Shown: piece by piece, positions 8,201 to 16,236 of the stretch
How positions within the stretch are numbered: the first letter of the stretch is position 1
Layout of the letters: every line of letters starts with the position of its first letter
DNA from: Gemmatimonadales bacterium
GTDB taxonomy: Bacteria; Krumholzibacteriota; Krumholzibacteriia; LZORAL124-64-63
Length of the DNA: 64,000 nucleotides
Direction: 5' to 3'
Assembly: GCA_019038745.1 (NCBI GenBank)
Contig: JAHOYV010000049.1
Coordinates: 6,739-70,738 of the forward strand
Notes under the pieces: model-generated
What the model was told of the DNA's origin: nothing
Databases searched by the model: none
The model's input: the letters and a program-made list of their open reading frames with translations, nothing else
Position numbers and translations under genes: made by a program

Positions 8201-8770
8201 CTGATGCCGGTTTTGGTTTCCTATTGGTTGAACATCCACGTGACCATCATCACCTCCAGTTACGGTTTTCTCGGGCTCTCTGCCTTGATCGGGACGCTGG
8301 TCCTGGTTCTGCTTTCACTGCCTGTCAGCAAGAATCGCCAGAGTGTTCGCGAGACGATAAAAACCCTGGACGGGATCAACCACAACGTCCTGGTCGTCGG
8401 ATTGGGGCTGCTGAGCATTGGTACGTTGCTGGGTGGCGTGTGGGCAAATGAATCATGGGGTCGCTACTGGGGTTGGGATGCCAAGGAGACGTGGTCGCTG
8501 ATCACGATTCTGGTCTATGCGATAGTGCTGCATTTCCGCTGGATTCCCCAGATCCGCTCCGTGTGGCTGAGCGCATCCGGCAGCCTGGCCGCCATCGGTT
8601 CGGTGGTAATGACCTATTTCGGGGTAAACTATTTCCTGGCCGGTCTGCACAGCTACGCGCAGGGTGATGCAGCCCAGGTTCCAAACTGGGTGTTCATTTT
8701 CGCGGGGATCGTCGTTACGTTGATCACAGTCTCGGGACTGGTGTTCTTCCGGCGAAATCGCTCCGAGTGA
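5255..8770 (+). CDS. ccsBA: Fused cytochrome c-type biogenesis protein CcsB(ResB)-CcsA (system II cytochrome c synthase, CcsBA)
   Basis: The N-terminus is ResB-like (VKKFWSNPVVAFLSSLKFSAFLMVIAAIASAKATFIESDYGRDAAYDLIYAAHWFEGILALLV...). The C-terminus is CcsA-like, with the Trp-rich WWD-type motif (WANESWGRYWGWDAKETWSLITILVYAIVLHF) and multiple TM segments. The ORF is open from TTG 5192. The likely start is GTG 5255, preceded by AGGTGG. Confidence 0.8.
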   Translation: MKKFWSNPVVAFLSSLKFSAFLMVIAAIASAKATFIESDYGRDAAYDLIYAAHWFEGILALLVISLTLIFFKRWPYKGRQLGFLLVHVSIVVILVASGMTRYMGFEGTMPIREGSSSDSYYSMKPHIQAELDGVSASFGVRLWRPGQSNIWHKIQLGGQDYKLGVTEYWPHFTQSYKPGPGGQPGLQFDRDDHGQMISDTLLRGNRTNIGQAQVFYRTGPFSGEVSLSKYGDLRVRVGGESSSFPVGLPDGREHECGGYGFEITEFQTSFKVGAVSSAKGPMTNPMIRVKVTGPDGTTGERLLFALHPEFSMDHGGGEDDFADLNVLYQVSSGIEFAPASDGVSAADVGLQGRATFDLITLDLKSEERGEIPAGEIFTVQEQVRYGNEAKHFSFAPTDIIDSVVLAPAQGQNPKMGSAARIVIRDEQGNESEAICRKYDSGKAVRLGDHTITLAFSPVIRTLPYSLHLDDFLLETYPGSDNPATYESYVSIDDPVHGVTGRKAHIYMNSPLNYRGIKHFQSSYDPDRKGTVLTLNKDPGKWPTYFGYTLLTIGFILIVAKDLLWPRRKKNSGSGAGRGTATKVAAVVFVLLAMGTPGVSALAQTGHEGHSHGPDVECTTEPNPAQTPTFVVLSDPARDQASRLLIQDYRGRMKPLDTLAREMVMKVAKKTKFQDRHPVDMYLNWTANSTYWWTQPVIAVRFAGLKDLLGVDHSVKHVSPASLYDKTGKYRLGPAVEVAHRTPDRDRTKTQRKLISFDERFNLLYMTFKGSTLRLFPVPGDANNTWLDIQTVSPKLESDIASIYQVAYTDFSQGLITGDNMRIMRGIQEMDALQHQFGAEVIPSDTQLNAELIYNRTHIFSWMMVPLLIAFMILMSLYIWNLFRNSGARLSFRNPFYSLGMFLYVVAFGGMLYAYVLRWIASDRAPLSNGHESLLFIALSVVLAGLLFELFYRMSAPAGLSALLTVVILGVSMLSVFDPAIGPLMPVLVSYWLNIHVTIITSSYGFLGLSALIGTLVLVLLSLPVSKNRQSVRETIKTLDGINHNVLVVGLGLLSIGTLLGGVWANESWGRYWGWDAKETWSLITILVYAIVLHFRWIPQIRSVWLSASGSLAAIGSVVMTYFGVNYFLAGLHSYAQGDAAQVPNWVFIFAGIVVTLITVSGLVFFRRNRSE

Positions 8771-8783
8771 ATTAACCAAAAGG

Positions 8784-9353
8784 ATGCTCATGTCCGGAGT
8801 GGATGAATCTCCCCTTATCGACTTGTTGACCACGGTCAACCGTCTCAAGGTCACCCCCCGCACGGGATGGGCCCAGCGGGGAGTTTCCAATCCCGAGAGC
8901 GTGGCCGATCACAGCCACGGCGTGGCGATGGTCGCCCTGTTGTTATTGGACTTGGTCGATGGTTTGGATAGAGCCAAGGTCCTGGCCATGGCCGTGGCCC
9001 ACGATCTGCCCGAGAGCGTGACAGGAGATCTGTCCTTGGGAGGGTCACGCCATCTGCCCCGGGGCGCGAAAGCTATTGCCGAGCAGGCTGCCATGGATGA
9101 ACTGCTGCAGGGCTTGCCATTCGGACCTGCCTGGCGCGCCCGCTGGGACGAGTTCGAAGCCCTGGATACCCCGGAGGCCCGGTTGGTACGCGATGCCGAC
9201 CGAATCGACCTGCTGATCCAGGCTTTGGCATACGAACGAACCACCGGCAATCGAGAACTTGACGAGTTCTGGAATTTTGCCCCCTTGGAATCCTTCCATT
9301 TCGAGATAAGCCGTAGGATTGTTGCCGGGCTGTGGAAGCGGCGTGAGACTTGA
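8784..9353 (+). CDS. HD-domain phosphohydrolase (YfbR-like 5'-deoxynucleotidase family)
   Basis: Pattern RTGW...HSHGVAMVALLL...VAHDLPESVTGD (H...HD...D metal-binding motifs). 189 aa. Confidence 0.7.
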   Translation: MLMSGVDESPLIDLLTTVNRLKVTPRTGWAQRGVSNPESVADHSHGVAMVALLLLDLVDGLDRAKVLAMAVAHDLPESVTGDLSLGGSRHLPRGAKAIAEQAAMDELLQGLPFGPAWRARWDEFEALDTPEARLVRDADRIDLLIQALAYERTTGNRELDEFWNFAPLESFHFEISRRIVAGLWKRRET

Positions 9354-9367
9354 AATCAGCATGACAG

Positions 9368-10846
9368 CTACTGATTACATGCCTCACGCAACACTTCCCA
9401 CGCTTCGACTACGTGTTCCCGCTCGGTCTGGGTCTGTCCGATGGCTACCCTCAACGTGAATCTTCCGTCCAGGGTCGTGTGGGTCAGATAGATTCTCCCG
9501 GCCGCATTCACCCGGTCCATCAGGTCCTTGTTGCGCTCGTTGCATTCTGTTTCGCTCCAGGCGGTCGGCCGATGGCGGAAACAAACCGTGTTCAGGGGTA
9601 CCGGCGCCATCAACTCCCAGTCCGGCTCGGCCTCGACCCAGCCAGAGAACTCTTCGGCCAATGCTATGTGCCCGGCGATTTTTTCCCGCAGTCGGCGAGC
9701 CCCAAAATTGCGCAGCACGAACCAAAGTTTCAACGCCCTGAAGCGCCGCCCGAGTGGGATGCCCCAGTCGCGAAAGTTGCGCACCTCCCGGTCACGGTCG
9801 GTCTGCAGGTAGTCCGGATTGATGGCCATCGTGCGTTCGAGATGTTCGGGATCCTTCACGAAATATGCGGAGCAGTCGAAGTTCGTGAAAAGCCATTTGT
9901 GGGGATTGAATACGAAGGAATCCGCGTGCTCGACCCCGTTCAGAATCCAACGCTTCTCCGGCAGGATGGCGGCACTGCCGGCCAGGGCAGCGTCCACGTG
10001 CAGCCACAGACCATGTCGCCGGGCAACCGGTCCGATCCGTTCCAATGGGTCGATCGCGGTGGTGCCCGTGGTGCCCACGGTGGCCACCACGCAGCATGGA
10101 ATCAGCCCATTGGTCAGGTCGGTGGTGATACGGCGATCCAGATCCTCAGCATCCATGGCCCTTGATTCGTCCACATCAACCAGCACAATGTTTTCTGATC
10201 CGAACCCGGCGATTTTTGCTCCCTTGACGACCGAGGAGTGGGCTTCCGGAGAGCAGTACAGCCTCAACGCCCCGGCGCCGGCCAAGCCTGCCGCCCCAAC
10301 GGCATTTACAGCGAAGGCGGTACATTTTTCCCGGGCACAGACCAGAGCGCACAAGGTAGCGGTAGAGGCGGTGTCCTGGATCACGCCGTGGAAACGGTCT
10401 TGGGATCCATCGGCTCCATACGGCAATCCTATCAGCTCTCCGAGCCAGGCCATCATTTTCTCTTCCAACTCGGTCGCCGCTGGGCTGGTTTGCCAGAGCA
10501 TGGCGTTTACCCCCAGCGCCGCCGACAGCATCTCTCCCAACACCGAGGGGGCGCTGTTGTTGGCCGGGAAGTAGGCGAAGAAACGCGGATGGTTCCAATG
10601 AGTCACCCCGGGCAGGATATCCCGCCGGAAATCGGCCAGGATGGTTGACATATCCTCGCTTTCCTCGGGCGCGTGGTCGGGAATGAGAGCCGCAGTTTCA
10701 CCAGGACGACTGGAAGACATCACCGGATACTGCTCGGAGTTTTCCAGGTAATCGGCGATCCAATCGATTACATCGTGCCCATGGCGGCGGAATTCGGCTG
10801 CATCCATTACGGTTCTCCAAGGGAAGGGATTGGAATATTTCTGCAC
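9368..10846 (-). CDS. PLP-dependent group II decarboxylase (aromatic-L-amino-acid / tyrosine decarboxylase family)
   Basis: HPRFFAYFPANNSAPSVLGEMLSAALGVNAMLWQTSPAATELE... and the PLP-lysine motif NPHKWLFTNFDCSAYFVKD. 492 aa. Confidence 0.85.
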   Translation of the reverse strand: MQKYSNPFPWRTVMDAAEFRRHGHDVIDWIADYLENSEQYPVMSSSRPGETAALIPDHAPEESEDMSTILADFRRDILPGVTHWNHPRFFAYFPANNSAPSVLGEMLSAALGVNAMLWQTSPAATELEEKMMAWLGELIGLPYGADGSQDRFHGVIQDTASTATLCALVCAREKCTAFAVNAVGAAGLAGAGALRLYCSPEAHSSVVKGAKIAGFGSENIVLVDVDESRAMDAEDLDRRITTDLTNGLIPCCVVATVGTTGTTAIDPLERIGPVARRHGLWLHVDAALAGSAAILPEKRWILNGVEHADSFVFNPHKWLFTNFDCSAYFVKDPEHLERTMAINPDYLQTDRDREVRNFRDWGIPLGRRFRALKLWFVLRNFGARRLREKIAGHIALAEEFSGWVEAEPDWELMAPVPLNTVCFRHRPTAWSETECNERNKDLMDRVNAAGRIYLTHTTLDGRFTLRVAIGQTQTEREHVVEAWEVLREACNQ

Positions 10847-10970
10847 TCAGGTTACATCAGGGATGAATTGGGGCAAGGGTAAGATTTGGAAGAAAATATT
10901 GGGTGTTTTGGGTTTTGGATGAGTTGCATGCTTCTGCTACAGCCATTTTCCCCGTGTATTCTTCCCCCAA

Positions 10971-10992
10971 TTGGTTCCCCCGGGGGAACGAA
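10971..10992. repeat. TTGGTTCCCCCGGGGGAACgAA palindrome (16-bp perfect core GTTCCCCCGGGGGAAC), same family
   Basis: Direct reading. One mismatch in the outer arms. Intergenic between the decarboxylase start and the kinase stop. Confidence 0.85.
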
Positions 10993-11163
10993 TCACAGTC
11001 ACCGCCGGCATCATAGTTGGCTGCTAATCAGCAAGTGTAAGGTCCAGCCTGGAATCCCAAAATAAACTGGGCCGAAAACCTGTCGAGTCATAAAATTCTC
11101 ATTCATTGTCGTTGGTGAACAGAGGCTGGGGCAAGGCTTCGGGAACCCAAGGCCAGATCATTT

Positions 11164-13470
11164 TCAGTCCAGAACTTTTCTAATTTCTTCGTGCAAGGCA
11201 TTAAATGTGAATGGCTTATGCAAATAACCGGCAAAGCCGTCGTCCTTGAACCCCCGGTTGGTTTCATTTTCGGTGAACCCGGTGCATAGGATCACTTTGA
11301 TCCCTGGTCTGATCGCGGTGATCTTCTGAAATGCCTCTTCACCGTTCATATTTGGCATTGTCAAATCCAACATGACCAGTGAAATCTCATTCACGTGCTT
11401 TTCGAATTCCTGCACCGCAAGCATCCCATCAGCAGCCGTGATGACGGAAAATCCCAGGTGCTGAAGCATCGACCGCCCCAGGTCTCGTAACATTTCTTCA
11501 TCATCGGCCAAAAGAACCAGGCCTTTTCTAGGCAAAGCATCGTCGGTGAATTTAGGATCAGAGGCGCTTTCTGTATGACCCGTCAGTTCACTGGTGGGAA
11601 ACAAAACCCTGAAGGATGTCCCTTGCCCCGGCTCCGATAAGAGCAGCAAGGTTCCATGGTGGCCGCGAATGATCCCCAGAGTTGCCGCAAGACCAAGCCC
11701 CCGACCAGTGAATTTGGTGGTGAAGAAGGGGTCAAAAATCCGATCTAGAATTGCCTGCGCCATGCCGGAACCAGTATCTGAAACTTCGAAGTAAACATAC
11801 TGGCCTTCGGAAATCGGTTCGTCGTACATCATGAGGTGGGTTGCGCATGTCCGATCAATATATTCTCGGTTACACCACATGGCACCCGAGGTCACCCTGA
11901 TCGTGCCATGGCGATCTTCCATTGCCTCGGCAGCGTTGGAGACCAGATTCATTGCGATCTGGCGGATCTGGGTAATGTCACCGACAAACTCGGGAATATC
12001 GTCCGTCAAAATCAGCTCCAGGTTCCCTGTCCTGGAAATGGAAATCTCCATCATCTGGGTCATTTCGGTCAACAACGTGTTGATACAAATATCGCTGACA
12101 ACAAACTTTCCCTTTCCTGAGTAGGCCAGCATTTGCTGGGCCAGATCAGCCGCGCGCCGGGATGCAGCCCCGATATTTTCTAGGTACTGAAGGGTGGGAG
12201 ACTGGGGCGAAAGATCATGCAGCGCCAGCTCGACATTACCCATAATAATCATCAAAAGATTATTGAAATCGTGAGCGATCCCTCCCGCCATCAGTCCCAA
12301 GCTCTCAAACTTTTGGTTATTCATGACCTTTCGCTCAAGATCCAGTCGGCTTTGCTGCTCATTCTTGATAGTGGTATAATCGCTTGCGAAACCTTCAAGC
12401 GCCTGCAGTTCACCCTGTTCAGAATAGATTCCCCGGCCACGTTCCCATAGCCAACGATCCTTGCCGTCTGCTGTTCTGATACGGTAAGCGAGTTCAAAAA
12501 AGGTCTTTTTGTTCAAGGCCTCCTGAATAACAGCCCAGACCTGCTCCACATCTTCAGGATGAATTAGAGAATTGAAGGTTCGTTTTGCTGAATTCATCAA
12601 TTCGGCAGGATGATAACCCGTCAAATCAAAGCAGCCTTGACTGAGATACTCCATATCCCATTCAGGTGTGTTCTGGCACCTGTAAACCATGCCGGGGATA
12701 TTGGCCAAAAGAGTGGAAAGAAACCGTTCCTGTTCTTTTTGGACAGAATGCTGCTCAGTAATATCGTGGACGATTCCCATGGAGCGCACGACGTTTCCCG
12801 CAGAATCCATTATATCTTCGGATGTTTCCCTTACAACCCGAACACTGCCATCGGGACGCAGGACCCTGTGAACGACATCGTAAGGTGTCTTGTTTTTTAC
12901 TGCCAAATTGTAGGCCTCGTTCACTATCTCTCTGTCATCGGGGTGAATGGCGGCCAGGAAGGCCTCATAAGTGGCCTGGAATTCGGTAGGGGAAAGACCA
13001 AAAATTTGGAAAACCTGGTCAGTCCAGGACAATGTACCGGACTCGATCTCCAGATCCCAACTACCCATGTTGGCCAACTTCTGGGACATTTTCAAGGTCT
13101 CGGAATTGGTCTGGAGGCTAATGAGCGCCTGATGCAAGGAGGTGTTATCCCGGGACTGCGCCAAAAGCCCCCTACGTTCACCATTTTCTTGGAACAGGGT
13201 GATTTGGGTTTCAAAAAATCGCGCCTCACTGCCTTGTGCACCGCAAGTGGCCTCGTAAGAATCGGCCTGGCCGGTAGCCCAAACGTTTTCCAGGCAGCGC
13301 GCCGCTTTAGCGGCTGAATCCTTGTTCATGTACTGAAATATGGAGGTGCCGAGGACATCTTCTTCAGCCAAGTCCGGTAAGGTGTGGATGACCTCCAGAA
13401 TGATTCCTGTCCCATCCAGAAGCATGATTAGGTCGGGCTGAACATCAATGATGGAGTGCAGCCTTGACAC
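11164..13470 (-). CDS. Hybrid sensor histidine kinase (tandem PAS, HisKA, HATPase, C-terminal receiver)
   Basis: 768 aa. Multiple PAS-like segments, H-box GGIAHDFNNLLMIIMGNVE, G-boxes (DTGSGM, GRGLGLA), and a C-terminal REC (LLADDEEMLRDLGRSMLQHLGFSVITAADG...LDLTMP). Confidence 0.85.
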   Translation of the reverse strand: MSRLHSIIDVQPDLIMLLDGTGIILEVIHTLPDLAEEDVLGTSIFQYMNKDSAAKAARCLENVWATGQADSYEATCGAQGSEARFFETQITLFQENGERRGLLAQSRDNTSLHQALISLQTNSETLKMSQKLANMGSWDLEIESGTLSWTDQVFQIFGLSPTEFQATYEAFLAAIHPDDREIVNEAYNLAVKNKTPYDVVHRVLRPDGSVRVVRETSEDIMDSAGNVVRSMGIVHDITEQHSVQKEQERFLSTLLANIPGMVYRCQNTPEWDMEYLSQGCFDLTGYHPAELMNSAKRTFNSLIHPEDVEQVWAVIQEALNKKTFFELAYRIRTADGKDRWLWERGRGIYSEQGELQALEGFASDYTTIKNEQQSRLDLERKVMNNQKFESLGLMAGGIAHDFNNLLMIIMGNVELALHDLSPQSPTLQYLENIGAASRRAADLAQQMLAYSGKGKFVVSDICINTLLTEMTQMMEISISRTGNLELILTDDIPEFVGDITQIRQIAMNLVSNAAEAMEDRHGTIRVTSGAMWCNREYIDRTCATHLMMYDEPISEGQYVYFEVSDTGSGMAQAILDRIFDPFFTTKFTGRGLGLAATLGIIRGHHGTLLLLSEPGQGTSFRVLFPTSELTGHTESASDPKFTDDALPRKGLVLLADDEEMLRDLGRSMLQHLGFSVITAADGMLAVQEFEKHVNEISLVMLDLTMPNMNGEEAFQKITAIRPGIKVILCTGFTENETNRGFKDDGFAGYLHKPFTFNALHEEIRKVLD

Positions 13471-13634
13471 CGTTTTTTCCGCGTGCGCCAGCTTGAGTTT
13501 TAGGTTTCCAGCTCAGCCCTGGTCTTTTCAAGAGAATCGTTTTCTGACATGTATGTCCTTTTGAGCAGAGATTTTCCTCATTGCCCTTCAGGCTACCATA
13601 CAACTTCCCCAAGATGTTTTTTGCAACAAAATTA

Positions 13635-13682
13635 GTTGTGCCGGGGGTTGGTTCCCCCGGGGGAACCAACCCCCGGCACAAC
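13635..13682. repeat. 48-bp perfect palindrome GTTGTGCCGGGGGTTGGTTCCCCCGGGGGAACCAACCCCCGGCACAAC
   Basis: Read directly from the sequence: each half is the exact reverse complement of the other, centred between 13658 and 13659. The core TTCCCCCGGGGGAA recurs at other intergenic sites. Confidence 0.9.
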
Positions 13683-13718
13683 GGCAAACGGAGCATCAGG
13701 TGCCAAAGAAGGAATCCC

Positions 13719-13748
13719 AAAAAAAACTGGGCCGAAAACCCGGCCCAG
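13719..13748 (-). terminator. Rho-independent terminator of the chemoreceptor-like gene
   Basis: On the minus strand: CTGGGCCG-GGTTTT-CGGCCCAG followed by U8 (plus-strand A8 at 13719-13726). It lies 22-50 nt after the stop at 13770. Confidence 0.7.
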
Positions 13749-13769
13749 TAAGAAGACATGATGTAAAGA

Positions 13770-16037
13770 CTATTTCTTTTTGCCCAACATGAAGATATTG
13801 CTGCCGCCTGGCTTCTTCTCTTCTTTGGCTTCAGGCTCGGCGGCTGGTTCAGCACCCGCGGCCACAGGCACCGGTTCCGGTTGGGCAGCCTCGGGTGTCT
13901 CGGCGGAAGCGGCCCCTTTCTTTTTCATGGGCCTTTTCAGGTTGTAGATGTTGCTGCCGCTATCATCTTCCACTTCCTCCTCGGCCTCTGCTTCCGGTTC
14001 GGGGGCGGGAGTCTCAGCAACGGGCTCTTCTGTCGCGGTTTCTTCGGGTGCAGGCTTCTCAGCGGTTTCCGGAACCGGCGCTTCAGCTGCTGCTGGTTCC
14101 TCCGCCGCAGGCGCCGCGGCTTTCTTGGGTTTTCCCAGCATGAAAATGTTGCTGCTGGGTTTTTCTTCGGCTGCAGGCTCTGGAGCAGGAGCAGGAGCAG
14201 GAGCAGGCTCGGGCGTTTCGGCTACTGGTTTTTCCGCAACGGGTTCTTCAGCAGCTGGTTCCGCTGCGGCAGGTTCCGCTTTCTTCGCCGGCGGCGGGGT
14301 GCGTTTCTTTTTGGGTCCGCCGCCCAACATGAAGACGTTGCCGCTGCTGCCGGCTGGGGCTTTGTCTTCGGCGCTTTCAGCTGATTCCTCAATGGCTGCG
14401 CTGGTTTTTTCAGCTACCTCTTCGGTAGTGGGCTCCGGACCCACCGGGTCGTCGATTATGCCACCCCAGGGATCGGCCGGGGCTGCTGACTCCGGGGCGG
14501 ATGCCTCTACGGGCGCTTCACTTTTGACTTCCTCCTCTTTGGCCGCGGCGGCAGGAGGGGTGGCTGCTTCCGTGACCACCGGTTCTGGAGTAGCTGCGGC
14601 TGCGGCTGGTTCGGGCGGCGCTACGGGAGCCTCGGGGGCAACAGCAGCGGGTAAAGGCGCAGGAGCGGCCGGTGTTCCCAAAGGCGCGGGTTGGATGACT
14701 GCGGCCGGTAATGGAGTACCCGGCACGACGGTCTGCGGTGGATGCAACATCAGCTCGCCGAGGTTCTGGGAAATTTTGTTGATGCCGGCGATGTTCCTAA
14801 TGATCTGGCTGATGGCTTCTTCGTACTGGCGGGCGGTCGCCATGATTTCGGACACGGTGTTGTCGATGTCGGCAGTGGCCTTTGAGGTCTGTGAGGCCAG
14901 ACCCTTGACTTCGCCGGCCACGACGGAAGTGAAGGCTTCCCCTGTTTCACCCGTGTGGACCGCTTCGGCGTCGATTTGGGTGGCGACTTGCTTGGTTTTC
15001 AGGGCCAGCTGTGTAACGCGGGCGACTACCTGGCTCATTTCACGTGAAGAGGAGGCCAACTCGTCTGCGGCCGTAGCCGTGTAGCTGGCGGCGTTGTTGG
15101 CCCCGCGAACGACTTTGTAGCCTTCGGCGGTGTCCTGGGCCATCTCATTCAATGAAAAGAGCATTCCCTGCATGGCGTGGCCGACCGAGTCGATAGCCAG
15201 CCGCATCTTGTCCGTGGAGCCGGCGATTGTGTTCATGTCGACGGACATCTGGTCCACCGACGCGTTGACGTTGTCGAAGTCCACGGGGGAAGTGAAACCT
15301 TCGAATCCAGGACCCGAAGCGGAAGACGACCCGGCGAAAACAGGAGTGGCTGCGCCTTCACTAGATGCTTGCTGCGCGCCGGACCGGGATTGTTTATCGG
15401 TGCCGGATGATCTGCGGTCCATGCGCATTCTCAGATAACCCAGGCCAATCAGGACAATTGCCAGGATCATGGCCATGCCCCGGGCAGCGCCGGCAAGGTT
15501 GTTTCCGGATCCCGTTCCCTTGTCCAAAGACTTGGCGGCGGCCTCCATGTGCTGGGCAAGTTCGACGCTGCCTGCGCGCAAACCCTCGACGGCCTGCTGG
15601 CCTGCAGCGCTGAAGATCGAGAAATCACCGGCAGCCAGGTCGGCCAGTGGAAGGCCGACATCGGACCAGAGGGTGGCTCCGTACTGCAAAGCTTCAAGGG
15701 CTGGACCGCTCTTGGCGCCCTTAACCTCGACACGTGCGCCTTCGATGTCTTTCAGGGCCCCCCCGTGCATTAGGGCGCTGAGTGTGGAATCGAAACGGAG
15801 GATGGTGCCGGCTAGGTTTTTACGGGCCTGAATGACGGAGGCGTAATCCTCAGCTTCTGCTAGTTCACTGGCCTGCCGGTTGAGGTCGTCGACCAGACGG
15901 ATCTGATTTTCCGCCAGCTCAATCTGGGTGGCATAGTCCTCCTGGCCGCCCGGATTGACGAAAACCGCTCCGATCGCAATCAGCAAAAGGAATGCTGTCG
16001 ATCCCATGGAAATGTTCAGAAAATGCCGCCTGGACAT
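13770..16037 (-). CDS. Chemoreceptor-like transmembrane protein (degenerate MCP signalling core) with a long Pro/Ala/Glu-rich C-terminal tail bearing 4 repeated SNIFMLGKKK-type motifs
   Basis: TM1 (FLNISMGSTAFLLLIAIGAVFV), a ~170-aa periplasmic domain and TM2 (MAMILAIVLIGLGYL). The MCP-core-like segment (LALKTKQVATQIDAEAVHTGETGEAFTSVVAGEVKGLASQTSKATADI) parallels [33 protein letters not shown]. The tail (aa ~425-755) is low-complexity P/A/E with SGNVFMLGGGPKKKR, SSNIFMLGKPKK, GSNIYNLKRPMKKKG and a terminal GSNIFMLGKKK. Confidence 0.6.
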   Translation of the reverse strand: MSRRHFLNISMGSTAFLLLIAIGAVFVNPGGQEDYATQIELAENQIRLVDDLNRQASELAEAEDYASVIQARKNLAGTILRFDSTLSALMHGGALKDIEGARVEVKGAKSGPALEALQYGATLWSDVGLPLADLAAGDFSIFSAAGQQAVEGLRAGSVELAQHMEAAAKSLDKGTGSGNNLAGAARGMAMILAIVLIGLGYLRMRMDRRSSGTDKQSRSGAQQASSEGAATPVFAGSSSASGPGFEGFTSPVDFDNVNASVDQMSVDMNTIAGSTDKMRLAIDSVGHAMQGMLFSLNEMAQDTAEGYKVVRGANNAASYTATAADELASSSREMSQVVARVTQLALKTKQVATQIDAEAVHTGETGEAFTSVVAGEVKGLASQTSKATADIDNTVSEIMATARQYEEAISQIIRNIAGINKISQNLGELMLHPPQTVVPGTPLPAAVIQPAPLGTPAAPAPLPAAVAPEAPVAPPEPAAAAATPEPVVTEAATPPAAAAKEEEVKSEAPVEASAPESAAPADPWGGIIDDPVGPEPTTEEVAEKTSAAIEESAESAEDKAPAGSSGNVFMLGGGPKKKRTPPPAKKAEPAAAEPAAEEPVAEKPVAETPEPAPAPAPAPEPAAEEKPSSNIFMLGKPKKAAAPAAEEPAAAEAPVPETAEKPAPEETATEEPVAETPAPEPEAEAEEEVEDDSGSNIYNLKRPMKKKGAASAETPEAAQPEPVPVAAGAEPAAEPEAKEEKKPGGSNIFMLGKKK

Positions 16038-16236
16038 TGATCTCCTCCGTGAATCCTGGTGTCCGCGGGTAGGTTTCTCCGCTTTATCTTATCCTTTTCA
16101 TCGACTGAAATCTTTGCAGGTTTACCTAATATTTGCCGGGAAATAGGTCTTTATTGGGTGTATATTTGGATGGGATGAATGCGGAGTCACTCCGTTCCTG
16201 AAATTTTGTCAACCTGAGCCGCTGTAGGAGAGAACC

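Noticed and set aside
11051-11080. 30-bp block GGAATCCCAAAATAAACTGGGCCGAAAACC, shared with 13711-13740, initially taken as a second repeat family
   Set aside because: At 13719-13748 the block is simply one half of a canonical terminator (CTGGGCCG-loop-CGGCCCAG plus U8) on the minus strand. The copy at 11051-11080 lacks the complementary arm, so it is a degenerate terminator remnant rather than a distinct mobile or regulatory element.
13948-15084. 378-aa plus-strand ORF (Ser/Ala/Gly-rich) antisense to the chemoreceptor-like gene
   Set aside because: Low-complexity mirror image of the P/A/E-rich minus-strand tail. It is a shadow ORF typical of high-GC DNA.
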